A DNA stretch of 64,000 nucleotides from Ginglymostoma cirratum (taxonomy: Eukaryota): contig JAHRHZ010000009.1 of the NCBI GenBank assembly GCA_024137785.1, forward strand, positions 26,969,216 through 27,033,215. The letters are read 5' to 3'. A program made the position numbers and the translations under genes. This document shows, piece by piece, positions 1-12,212 of the stretch (position 1 is the stretch's first letter; every line of letters starts with the position of its first letter). Below the pieces are notes generated by a model. It made no database searches and was not told the origin of the DNA. It saw only the letters and a list, made by a program, of their open reading frames with translations.

Positions 1-56
1 GCCTAATGAAATATGTCGTTGCAAGAAGGGGAGATGCCTGGGGTTATTGTCAGTAG

Positions 57-540
57 GGTAGTGCTCTTGCTTTTGAGTCAGAATGTTGTGAGTTCAAATC
101 CCATGTCAGCACTTGATTAGGGAACAGCCAAGTTGACACTCCAGTGCTGCATTTTCAGAGCTGCTGTATTTTGTCTGTTATCTCAGATTGATGTAAAAGA
201 GCCCGTAAACATTTTTGGGGAAGAGCAGGAGAGTTGTTTCTTGGTATCTTGGCTAAAATTAAACTCCAGAGCATCTGGCCATTATCACGTTCCTGACTTT
301 TGTACAAAAACAGAAATTGCTGGAGAAACTTAGCAGGTCTGGCAGCATCTGTGGAGAGAAAACAGAGTTTATGTTTCAGGTCCAGTGACCCTTCTTTAGG
401 CCTTGGTAACATGTTGTTGCAAATTGGTTGTCACATTTCCTACACCATAACAGTGACCACGCTTCAAAAACACCTCCCTGGCTACAATGTGCTTTGGAAT
501 GTTCTGTGGTTGTAAAAGGAGCTATTTAAAAGCAGGTCCT
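57..540 (+). mobile_element. Old DeuSINE-like (SacSINE1-type) SINE, interrupted at about 303-400
   Basis: tRNA-like head (B box GAGTTCAAATCCC), central GATGTAAAAGAGCCC...GAAGAGCAGGAGAGTT segment, L2-like tail; homologous to the minus-strand copy at 8970-9450. Confidence 0.55.
303..400 (-). mobile_element. Penelope-derived terminal fragment (same family as 54247-54458)
   Basis: TTGCTGGAGAAACTTAGCAGGTCTGGCAGCATCTGTG...CAGAGTT...GGTCCAGTGACCCTTC is shared with 54280-54375. Confidence 0.65.
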
Positions 541-1869
541 CTTTTCTGATATAGCTGTGTCAGCTGGTGAATTGGAGGTGTGGCAAGGCTGTTAGTACTC
601 AAAGCCAAACAGCCCATTTTGTAGCAAACACATTATGTTTACAGAGTTTATTCAAAAAAAACTCTCTCTGAACCTTAACAAGAAATATTTGTGTGAAATC
701 ACTTCCAGTCACTTAGTGTAATGTAGGCTCCAGGTGTGATTGAAAGAAGAGTTTCCTAGCTCCATTCCTTCAGCCTGCAATAGTGGGAATATTGTAGGCA
801 GTCCAGAGATGATGTCTAATAGGCAATTACAATCAGAGAGACTTGTGTGATTTTGACACAAATCCTATTTCATTGTGCAGACAATTAATGTGTGATGAAA
901 TGAAGGGGTGACTTTTTTCTTCATGCTGGCGGCTGATGTTAATCATGTTACAAAGAAGTGCAGAGACAGACCAGGCACTCTGTCTCTGAGATGAAAAACT
1001 TGCATAGAACATTTTAACATTGCAGCCTCCAATGGAAATTCTGATCATGGTGGTGTATATATGTAAGAGACTGAAATGTTTCTTTATTTTTGTTACTGGT
1101 GAACTGGACTCCCGCTCGTCATCTCCAAACTGGAAAAAATGGATGAGTGTTGTGTGAGGTGGGATTGGGCAGGATGTTTTCTCTGGTTTACATGAAGAAG
1201 GGTGGGAAGCAAAGTGGTGCCTCATTTACAGGGTGCCCTGTTTGTATTGAAGGGTCCCCAACAAAGATATCTCAATCCCTTCCTTCTGTGCTATCTGCAC
1301 AAAAGTTTCTGGCCACTGCCTCCCTTTCTCCACTTCCTAGGGTCTAGGGTCAAGTGGTCCAGAAATACAATCATGGATTGGTGGCAGCAAATAGTTGCCT
1401 CCACGCGTATGTTTCTATCTCATTCGATGGAAGTACTACACCTGTGCAATTGAAAGTAACATCAAGTGTTCAAAGTAGGAAAATATCCTGTTCTTCTCTG
1501 ATAGATGCCTTTAAAAAGAATGTGCAATATTGTATGGAATTTCTTATGAATACGGGATGCCCAAAAGCTTTTCACAGTCAGAAGACATTAAACATTTTGC
1601 GGTGTTGTACCTGTTGTAGTGATGGAAAAACAGCGGCTGATTTGCATGCATCATTTATCTCGCTGCTGTTTGCTTCCACAAGCTTTTTTGGTGGTCATTG
1701 TCCAGGGCAGATAACTGTCTCCAATATCAGGAGAGATTTTTTAAGTTGTAAATTGGTTCTTTTGGTGCTTCAGATGGCAGAAAGGGTCAGACATCCGAAA
1801 GCAGGTACAATTTTTCTTAAGAAGAATCATGGAGTATGGGCATCAATGACGAAGCCAGGAATTATTGCC

Positions 1870-2190
1870 CAAGCTGATTGCCCTGATAGTGCGGTGATGA
1901 ATCATCTTTTGACAATTGGATGGTTTTCTAGGCTATTTCAGAGGGCAGTTAAATATTAACCACATTGCTGGATGTCTGGAGGCACACCTCAGCTGGCAGA
2001 TTTCCTTATTGAATAGGGGCATTAATGAAGTACATGGGTTTATACAACAGTTAATGATCACCTTTATTGATATTAATTTTACTACAGATTTACTTAAATA
2101 GTTTTAAATTTCAAAGCTACCATGGCAACATTTGAACTTATCCAATTATCTTCAATCCAAGCATGTTAATGGTCCAATAGTATAACCAGT
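1870..2190 (-). mobile_element. Degenerate tRNA-derived SINE with L2-like tail (family of 33846-34203)
   Basis: CAGAGGGCAGTTAAATATTAACCACATTG is the reverse complement of the family segment CAATGTGGTTGACTCTTAACTGCCCTCTG. Confidence 0.55.
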
Positions 2191-4934
2191 ATGCTGACAG
2201 TTCTGATCTTTTCAGAACATAAACATAGAAGGTTTAAGTCTACTGCAGTTAGAAATATTTGATCTGATAATGAAGTTTAAAAGCACAGCAAATACAAGTT
2301 TGCATAATTGTGCATTTTGGTAAAACTCCTGTCGATTTGTAGTTTTAATTAATCAAAGCTTCGTGACAATTGATGCCAACGATTACAATCAAATCTTGAT
2401 CGCAGTCCCCTTGAGAAAAAAATCTAACAGAATTTCAGATGGAGACACATTAAATCTAATGAATTTGGTGAAAATTTGCATTGATTATTAGAAAATGGGA
2501 ACATTAGTGTCATTCTGCTGTGCTAACAACCCCACCCAAAACTTGCACAACTGGTTTAGGTAATTTGCAAATACATACACACACACACACAAACTCCTTA
2601 TTTTAATTTTTCGTTTTAAAGAAGCTGTTTTTTTTCTCCACCCACATAATTTAACCACATAGTCACTGACATTAACTGGTTATGTAAGTACAATCCTTGA
2701 ATTTATTAAGAAACTTGCTCGAGGGCTTTCAGGTGAAACTGGTCCAGTATACAAAGAAGGATATGTGAGCAGGGCTATGAGTCTTAAATATGTATTTACA
2801 TGTTGACCTATTAACTAATGGTCCTTTTCTACTATTACTCAGGCTTTAAGGTAATAATTTTTAAATGGTGAATTGTGATTCCTCCGTGCGGTATTCTCTG
2901 TACTCAGTGTTTTCATGTGTCTGTGCTTCACAGAGGCAATCAAAAGAGATTTGTACTTTCTAAGCTTCTGATTCTGTTTTTTAGTTTTATAAAAAGTTAG
3001 GCTTGAAGATATTAAAAGCACAGTTTTGTGTTTTATAGTACCTATTACAGCTCAGGAAATTTTAAATTATTTTTCATGATGAATAAAGGTACAATCAAAA
3101 ACAGGTCATTGTTCCACACCTTGCCCTAGTTTTGGATTTGTTGGATCAAAACACACCTACTTCTAACCTAGGGCATACTTTGTAGCTCAGTTCATGGTAT
3201 ATTGCATATGGTTCATGTCCAACAATCTGGTGCAATCACTAAAGTATGAATTCAGTCTCTTTTGTCTGTTGAGAATCCAAGTCACACATATCTCTGTCTT
3301 ACTAATCACAGAATACTGTTGTGTTCATCAACTCATTACTGCAAATATTATGTAATGTTTCAGAAAAGTTAACTTGTTATGATGCAAAAATATAATGCAG
3401 AATTATGTACAAATCAGTGATAGTTATTCCTAAATTATTTCATTTTGATGTTGACCATTTATATACAGTCAAATATATGGTTGGGCCAAGTTTTGCTGGA
3501 GTAGGACATCTTGTGACATGTACCGTTAATTAGAGATGTTCTTGTTTTGGCTCACCACCACCAACAACACAATAACATTAACATTATGCTTATATCCCAC
3601 GTCTAATGAGAGATGATGAAATATCTCAAGGCACTTCACAGGAGTGTTATAAAATGAAGGATGGAGCTTCATAAAGAGGTATTAGTTCAGGTGACCAAAA
3701 GCATGGGCAAGACTTTAGAAGTGGCATAAAGGAGGATAGAAAGATAGAGAAACAGTGAAGGGAGGAGGTGAAGTTGGGGATGTATTCCAGAGCCTGGGGA
3801 CAAGGCAATTTATGGCACAGCCAACAATAGGTCAGCAATTTTAATTAAGAATGCACTAGAGGCAAGAATTAAAAATACAGATATCTCAAAGGGTTATGGG
3901 TTTAGAGACGATTATGGAGATGAGTGGGAGGACAAAAGTATTAAAGGATTTGAACATTCAAACAAGCTTCAAGCCATCATTTGCAGTGTGATTTGCTGCA
4001 AGTGCGGTCTGACAGTCATGCAGCAATGTCAAAGGACCATCTGGAATCTTCATTCACAATAGGACCAGTGATCTATTTCCTTTGTCAAGGTGATGTAAGA
4101 GTTCAGAAAGAAACAGGAATGACTGAGAAGAAAATAGGGGTGAATTAGTATCAAATAAGGGGCAGAAAGTGTAATGAAGGGGAAAACAGTTGGATTAGGA
4201 AGAGAGTGAAAAGTGAAAGGAAGTGAGGAAAAAATGTAAATAATTTAAATTTTGAATTTTTAAATCTGTCATAATTTTTCTACATGCAGAAGCTAGTTTC
4301 AAACATTGCAAATTATTCCCTCTATGGATTAGAGTGATCAATTGGCATTATACTAACAATGATCATGTTGCTCGAAGAGCACTCATGGGGTTAATGATGA
4401 TCCTAAAACTTCTGTGGCGTGTTTAATGGGCAATTAATGTACAATTCAAGCAAGTCCTTAAAAATAACAGAAAGGCTAAGGATGGATGTCATTTGTGAAC
4501 AGCAAACATCAGAGTGGTATAAATTGAGCAGAAAGTTCAAGAGGCTTGCAACTCGCAGGGTATCTCTTCTTTCCCATCAAGTTATTGACAAAATTATGCA
4601 TTAATAACAGGACCCGCCATGCGCTCTGTTATGCACCTCAAGATGGTTTGAGCCAATATAATTGCTAGAATATCATCAACATCATCATGTTTGTTCTTCC
4701 TGAAAACAAGCCCTTTGATCAAAGTAATCTTTCCCTATCTCTCTATCCCAGTCCCACCTTTCATTCACCAGTAACTTCCTTCAGCATGTTCAGCATTGAT
4801 ATCTCTTCCCCTTACTTCCATGTTTACTTTGAAATTTTCCTTCCACAACATTTCTTACAAGTCTATTCACTCTTAAGATGTACCCTGCCCAATTCCTCTG
4901 CCCTTTCCTAATTGTTTACCTTCAATAATTCAGA

Positions 4935-5279
4935 GGGCGGCATGGTGGCTCACAGTGCCAGGGACCCAGGTCTGATTCTACCCTGGGGTAACTGTCTGTG
5001 TGGAGTTTACACATTCTCCCTGTATCTGCATGGGTTTCCTCCAGGTGCTCTGGTTTCATTCCACAGTCTAAAGATGTGCAGGTTAGCTGGATTGGCAATG
5101 CTAAATTGCCCATAGTGTCCAGGGATGTGCAGACTGGGTGAGTTAGCCATGGGAGATGTAGGGTTACTGGGATAGGGTAAGGGTTTGGGTTTGTGTTGGA
5201 TGCTCTTTGGAGAGTTGGTGAGGACTTGATGGGCCAAATGGCCTGTTTCCACACTGTAGGGATTCTATGATTCTATGAA
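4935..5279 (+). mobile_element. HE1-type V-SINE
   Basis: tRNA-derived head, V-core GGGTTTCCTCCAGGTGCTCTGGTTTC...CCACAGTCTAAAGATGTGCAGGTTAG, CR1/HER1-like tail ending in ATTCTATG repeats. Confidence 0.88.
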
Positions 5280-5984
5280 TTTCTCTGTTCACTCACTCTC
5301 CTCAGTACTTCAACAATCTTTACTTCATCTGTCCAGCAGATCTTGCCCAATTTCCTTTAAAATCAATTTTGCAAGTTAGACTCCCTGTTTCACATGAAGA
5401 TGAAATGGCGTTCCAAATCAAATTGTTTAGAAGTCATCTTCTTGAGTTGTTTATTCAAATTTCTGCTTATCAGCTGTCTCTAGCTATCAGATGGGGCTCT
5501 TCCCATTCTAGATGCTTTATTTCTTGCACTTGTTCTTGTTCTTTGCCTTCTATGAATGTATGAACACAGGCGAATGAAATGGAAATCTCCTTTGCAAAGA
5601 AATGAGGGGTCAGGATGATTGAACTGGTTATTTCCGGCTTTATTTTCAAATTGTTGTGTTTTATTTTCTGAATAATGGGGTAACTGGCCTGTATTAACTT
5701 TTTAGTAGATTGGAAATTGGAAGAGGAGTTTGATATTGCCATTGTATATCCCCAGTCCTCTTCATCTTAGGTACTGGGTACCTAGGTGCAGGTACTTTAA
5801 ATGTGTGATACAGAATTGAAAGAGTGAAAAACAGTGTAGCATAGAAATACAAGGCTTTGAGAAGTACTTGACTTACTCAAAGTCCAGAATAAGTTGTATC
5901 TTTAAAAAGTATCAAATTATAATCCATTTTACTCAGCCTGTGCTTGCCAGGTTTCAGGATACGAGACCTCTAAGCCTTTATGCT

Positions 5985-6465
5985 CTGGCCCCCGGCCCGG
6001 GACTTACCTCCGGGACTCGTCTCCCACACTGGCACAGGCTCGAACTGCCTTCTATTCCGGCCCCAGGCCCGGGACTCACCACCGGGATTCAGCTCCCACA
6101 CTGGCAAAGGCTTGAACTGCCTCCTACTCCGGCCCCCGGCCCAGGACTCCCCTCTGGGACTCATCTCCCACACTGGCACAGGCTCAAACTGCCTCCTACT
6201 CCGGCTCCCGGCCCGGGATTCCCCTCCGGAACTCATCTCCCACACTGGCACAGGCTCAAACTGCCTCCTATTTTGGCCCCAGGCACATAGCTCACCTCCG
6301 GGACTCACCTCCCACGCTGGCACAGGCTCGAACTGCCTCCTACTCCGGCCCCCAGCCCACAGCTCACCTCCAGGACTCGTCTCCCACGCTGGCACAGGCT
6401 CAAACTGCCTCCTACTCTGTCCCTCGGCCCGTAGCTCACATCCAGGACTCGTCTCCCACGCTGGG
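5985..6465. repeat. GC-rich minisatellite, 72-bp unit, about 6.5 copies
   Basis: CTCCCACACTGGCACAGGCTC(G/A)AACTGCC recurs at 6021, 6093, 6165, 6237, 6309, 6381 and partially at 6453. Confidence 0.95.
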
Positions 6466-6639
6466 CTAGACTCAGGCTCACCTCTATTCTCCATTCCCTC
6501 CGGGTAAGTTGAAGAAGTTAAAAGTTGGAGGAGAAGAGGGAAGAAAAGCTGCAGAAAAGAGAAGAAAGGAAAAGGAACTGGCAAAACAGAGGAGCTCTGG
6601 CTGGAGCATCCTACTCTGCCGCCATCTTGAGACAATGAA

Positions 6640-6790
6640 CAGGAAACATTGGTTAGATTTGCAGACGATAAAGTAGTTGCAGCAAGTACAGAGGAAGATT
6701 TACAAGAACTAATAGCTAGACTAATAATGGCAGACATGAACATGGGAATGGAAGTGAATATTGGCAACAGTGTGATGATACGTATCCCAC
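6640..6790 (+). mobile_element. Degenerate LINE reverse-transcriptase fragment (RTE-like)
   Basis: Translation VRFADDKVVAASTEEDLQELIARL...GMEVN contains the FADD catalytic motif and the typical downstream helix. Confidence 0.6.
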
Positions 6791-7059
6791 AATCACCTGC
6801 AAAGCTGAATATTTCTGAGCACTGGAATAGCATTGTGAAAGGTATATATGTGAATGACACAGTTTATCACCTCCTCTTATTAACTTCTGCCCCAATCTAC
6901 CAGTTGCTTACGAACAGTCTGACTCACTGGTTTAGATAGTTCCAATTAATGATGACTCAAATTTGTTTTCTGGGCTTTAAAAAAAGATATTCTGGCAGCA
7001 GGAAAGCTGGGTGTGAATTTCTTCTTGGGTTTTCCAAAATGAGTACAAATGCCTCCAAG

Positions 7060-7320
7060 ATAAAAGGTACTGCAGATGCTGGAGAATCCGAGATAACAAG
7101 GCATGGGGCTGGATGAACACAGCAGGCCAAGCAGCATCGTAGGAGCAGGAAAACTTGACGTTTCGGGCCTAGACCCTTCATCAGTTCTGAAGAAGTTAAA
7201 AGTTCTTCATCAGAACCTTCATCAGTTCTGATGAAGGGTCTAGGCCCGAAACGTCAAGTTTTCCTGCTCCTACGATGCTGCTTGGCCTGCTGTGTTCATC
7301 CAGCCCCATGCCTTGTTATC
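7060..7320. mobile_element. Palindromic Penelope-derived insertion with 15-bp TSD
   Basis: Perfect 93-bp inverted repeat (7092-7184 and 7228-7320); flanking direct repeat ACAAATGCCTCCAAG at 7045-7059 and 7321-7335; arm sequence nearly identical to the Penelope 3' end at 56341-56467. Confidence 0.88.
7228..7258 (+). ncRNA. Minimal type I hammerhead ribozyme core (mirror copy on the minus strand at about 7154-7184)
   Basis: CUGAUGA-A-GGG(UCUAGG)CCC-GAAAC-GUC; has the conserved CUGANGA, GAAA and UH boxes with a palindromic ACGU stem III, as described for Penelope-like elements. Activity untested. Confidence 0.7.
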
Positions 7321-8267
7321 ACAAATGCCTCCAAGTCCTTTTAACATTGGAGTTTGTTGTCCACCGACAAATATGAAGAGGAAAGAAATGCAGAGTAAAA
7401 AATTGGGCTGCCCATGCACTATAATGAAAATTTTTAAAAAATCACTGGGAATACTCAGCAGATCTTGCAATATCCTTGGAAAGAAAACAAAGTTTTTCTC
7501 ATGTCAAATACGTCTTTTCTTCAGCATCTATTTGACTTGAAACATTAACTCTATTTCTCAAATGCTGTCAATCCAACAGAGTACGTTCAACACTTTCTGG
7601 TTTTGTTGCCCCTGTACTCTATAATTAGTTTGCCATTAACAGCCAAGACTCATTTCATCCACATAACAAGTAACCCAGTCTTCCTAACCCATGTGAATGA
7701 AACATTTCCCATTATTTGAGGTCAAAAAGCACTGAATAACGAAAAGACAAGAGTAGGATTCTCTTTAATAGCACATAATTATTTCACAGTGGAGTTTGAA
7801 ATTGATCTTCAGTGATACTGCACGATAGACAATTGTGCATCAGCAGTCCATGTCATCTATTTAGAATATTTAAAATATGTTAATATTTAACATATTTCAA
7901 ATAGCGCTGCTTTATTTAGTTTCTTGAACATACGTGCTTTTCAGGAGCTATGCTAAATTCTGAACGGTGATTAAATATGACTGCCCAGAACAAGTCTTTT
8001 ATGGACTGCAGCATGAAACAATTCTGTAATGATGAGCTGAAATTAACTCAAAAGTGACGTGTTCATAATATATAATTTACTTTGGCTACCTGTACCAACA
8101 AAATTCCTTACCACTGACAGATCTGATTTTCACCTCAGGTTATCATTTGAGTAGCCTTCAAGAGACCTCTCTCAGCTCGTCAGTCAGGCCCAGATACTAG
8201 CTAGCAGGATTTTGGAAGATTGTCTAGACTGACTGAGTTGCTATTGTGTTCAGATTCAATTCCCAGG

Positions 8268-8605
8268 TAGAATCATAGAATCTCCACACTGCAGATAGAG
8301 GCCATTTGGCGCATCGAATCTAAACCAACCTCCAAAGAGCATCCCACCCAGACCCACCCCAACCCAGTAACCCCATAACCCCATATTAACCATAGTTGAT
8401 CCACTTAGCCTGCACATCCCTAGACATTATGGGGCAATTTAGCATGGTCAATCCATCTAATCCATTTGGACTGTGGGAGGACCTGACAGAAATCCACACA
8501 GACACAGAGAGAACATGAAAACTCTACACAGACAGTCACCTGGACTTGAACCCAGCTCCCTGGTGCTGTGAAGCTGCAGTGCTAACCACTGAGTCACCAT
8601 CTCAC
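8268..8605 (-). mobile_element. HE1-type V-SINE
   Basis: Reverse complement of the element at 4935 (GGGCAATTTAGCATGG, GTGCTAACCACTGAG). Confidence 0.85.
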
Positions 8606-8969
8606 CCATAAATCACCAGTGATCTATATGGTCTTCCTTTCTAGTGATGCGATATGACTATATAACTTGCTAGGCCATTACAAAGTGAGCTGAAGAGTCA
8701 AATGTTGATGTGCTGTCATATCCTCATAAAGGTCAACCTGGTTAAGGGCAAGAGTTTTCCCTCCCTTGAGGGACATCAGTGAGCCAATGAGCTAGATAAT
8801 ATGAACCATCCATTTTGTAAAACAAATGAATCATTCCCTTTGTGGATGATACATCCTCTTCTGTCCTTGAGCCTGTTTGTCCAGAATGACTTTCAATACT
8901 CCTGTTCATTTGCATTCAACTTTAATTCATATTAGTCCTGTAACAAGAAGCGCGTCTTAGGGAATAAGG

Positions 8970-9450
8970 GAAAGAAAATCTTGAATATACATAAAACCTT
9001 TCACAAGCCTGGATGTCTGAATGTTTCTTTAGCCAATTAGGTAATGTTGAAGTATAGTTGTCATGATGTAGGCAACATGACAGCCACATTACACGTAGCA
9101 AATTCCAACGGTGGACATATTCTATTTGTTTTGAGACACTGAGTATATTATGTAGAATGATAATGATAATACTCTGTTTATAATGATATTGATCAAGGGA
9201 TAAATATTGGGAAGGACCCTGGGAACAACCCACCCCACCCTGTGCTTCTTCAGTATAGTGCCATGAGATTTTTTTAAACATCCTCCTGACAGATCAGATG
9301 GATCCTCCATTTAACTTCTCATTTGGAAGATTGTGCCTTTGATAATGCCACACTTCCTCAGGGCTAGCTTGTCAATCTAGATTTTTATTACCAATTCTTT
9401 GGCATGATCTTGAGCTCATAACTTCCTGATTCAGAAATAGGAATGCTACC
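8970..9450 (-). mobile_element. Old DeuSINE-like SINE
   Basis: TGCTTCTTCAGTATAGTGCCATGAGATTTTTT matches the reverse complement of the central segment; L2-like tail at the left end. Confidence 0.55.
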
Positions 9451-9939
9451 ACTTCCATCTCTCTGGGGACTATTTCTATAATTAATTTCTTTTACCAACA
9501 TACATTAGGGTGGATATAAACATTGTGTTAATTGTACCACTTTGACTGGAGTAGCTCCAGCTTCTGCAAGAAGGATATAACGGTAAAATGGTAATGTTAG
9601 CATCTCAATTCATATGGAGTCCATCTAACTAGATTTGTTTTTATAGCTGGTGCTGGTTGTAAAAGATCACCTTTACCAAACTAGATGATTCGGCTTACTG
9701 GTCGTCTAAGCTGGACAGATGATCCCTTGGGGTCTTTTAGAAATGTACCTTATCATTTCATTTATTGAATTGAATCATTTATTTATTGAAACATTTATTG
9801 TCACGTGAATTCAATGTAAAAATACAGTGAAAAGTGTGGACTTTCGCCGTACATATATGGCACCATACACATTAACTTAGAATGAGATTTAAAAAAGATA
9901 ACTTAAGAGAGTCCAACTTTCCTTTCCATTGCTGCAGTC

Positions 9940-10190
9940 CCACTTCGGGTTTTCCAGCCCTCGCCATGCCTCTGCCACAGTTCCGCTCCGGGTTTTTCAG
10001 CCCACACCATACCTCCACCAGAGTTCTGCTCCGGGTTTTCCAGCCCTCGCCATACCTCTGCCACAGTCCTGCTCCGGGTTTTCCAATCCTCGCCATGCCG
10101 CCGCCAGAGTCCCACTCTGCGTTTTCCAGCGCTCACCATGCCTCCACTAGAGTCCTGCTCCGAACTTTCCAGCCCTTGCCATGCTGCTAC
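9940..10190. repeat. GC-rich minisatellite, 43-bp unit, about 5-6 copies
   Basis: CGGGTTTT(C/T)CAGCCC recurs at 9946, 9989, 10032 and 10075, with more diverged copies after. Confidence 0.92.
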
Positions 10191-12212
10191 TGGCATCCGA
10201 CTTTTGGCTGCCTCACTGGCCTGATCTCACCACCACTGCCACCCTTGATCCGCCACCATCGCTCCGGCCCATGCTTGATCCACCGTCACTGGAGGAAACA
10301 ATCTGTGTGTTCAGCTCCCGCCATGTAGCTCCTGGCCATGACCCGGCTCCTTCCCAACTTCTTAGGTAGGTAGTTAAAAGGTGTGGGTGGGGCATAGAAT
10401 TACTACAGACAGAGAGAGAAGAAAGGGGCAAAAAAAGGGAGGACAAAGAAAGAAAGAGAAGGAGAACTGGCAAGGAGAGTGGAGCTCTGAATGGAGTGAC
10501 TCACCCTGCTGCCATTTTGCCAGAACAGACAGACCTCCACAGGGTATTAAACTTTCTAATGCGACTGCTGAGTAGTTGTCCCATACAGTAGTAGACCTGT
10601 TTACCCTGGCCACTGCTAACCTGAATCCCATCATGACATTCAAACGAACAATTTCAGAATGCCCAGAAATAATCGTAAGAAACAGGTGTAGGAGCAGTAA
10701 GAAACAGGTGTAGGAGCAGGACATTCAGCCCATCAGGCATGTCTTACCATTCATTGAGATCATGGCTGATCTTCTACATCAACACCATATTCCCACACCA
10801 TCCCTACATCCCTTGATACTGTTAATATCAAGAATTCCATCAATCTTTGTCATAGTATACTCGGTGTCTCAAAACGAATAGAATATGTCCACCGTTCTGA
10901 TAAACCAAGTAGAACATCCTTTATAATATGCCAACTTTTGACGTTAGCTCTGATAACTATTCTAAGGGCTAGATTTTACACAGCCTTACATGGTTTTGTT
11001 TAATCCAGTGTGCAGCCATCTGCCAGCTATCTGCTTGCACTGCTCTTACTACAATTATACAAGTGGCAGGGTTACTGTTGGGTGGCCTGCATTCTGGTGA
11101 GTAATTAATGCTCACTTAAGGGTCTGATGCTGCTGCCATTGGGAGTTAATTGGCAGCAGGAGAGGCCCATGCCAAGTGTCCAGTCTGGTAAGGTTCCTAC
11201 ATGGGATGGTGGTGGGTAGGGAGTGGTCCTTCTTTATTGCACCCACTGGAATTCTCCCTAAATATTTAACCACTCCTAACTACGGTTTCTCAAACCATGA
11301 CCCGACCACATCCCCCCCACCTGCCCTGCCGCCGCTTGTTGAGAGTTGCCTGCTTGGCACTGTGGTGAGACCCCTACACACTGACCCAGCATTCAAACCA
11401 ATACAGACGCTTGTCTGAAAGCCATTATCTGAGGTGGGACTTCCTAATCCAGAAGGCTGGGGGGTCCCATCTTAAATGTACTGATGGTACAATGTCAGTT
11501 AAAAGATTACAGGATAGCCAGTATTTCCTTTGGTGGACCTTGGGTTTCCTTTTGGCAAACTGTTTAGCTGGTAGGGTGCAGGGAATCTGGATCTTATACA
11601 ATTCAGCTCACACTTTATTTAACATTCTAGCTTGACTGGTGATGCATTTTGTCTCAACATTAGCATGAAGGATGCTTTAAAAGTCATAATCATAATATTG
11701 TCTCTGTATTATAAACATGTGACCTGAAGGTGTAAAGGTTTCACACTTAACCTTAACTGGTGTCACTTTAATCATGAAATGCTGATGAAACTACGCAGGC
11801 AAGTAGCTTAATAGTAGCCTAGGTACTGAAGTCCCTGCGACCTTGATATGTACATATTTGAGAAGCTATAATAGATGTCTACTGAACCTTTAAATACTAC
11901 ATTACCCGTGTCCAGGTCTTACATTATGGGAGCCAACAACTTCCTGTTGGCCAGTCATCCTTCCTTCAGTTCAAAAGTGCAGCAGTGTCAGAAAGCTACA
12001 TTGTCACTGCCTCAGAATGAAAGAAAGGAAGCCACCATCTATGACAGTGATGCCAAACAAGGTATGATTATGCACAAGCTGCTAATAACTTTTAAAGTAA
12101 GGTGGTATCCAGGAAAAAAAAATTATGTTCAAACATTTTAGTTTAAGGATTGACAAATAATAGACAATTTATGTTCCACTTTAATTCTGCTAATGTAACG
12201 CATATGAGATAA

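Noticed and set aside
1354-1959. 201-aa ORF
   Set aside because: No recognisable domain, non-ATG start, and the 3' end runs into a minus-strand SINE.
5868-6860. Overlapping 140, 175 and 296 aa ORFs with repeated peptides
   Set aside because: They arise from a stop-poor 72-bp minisatellite that is open on both strands; no splice or domain support.
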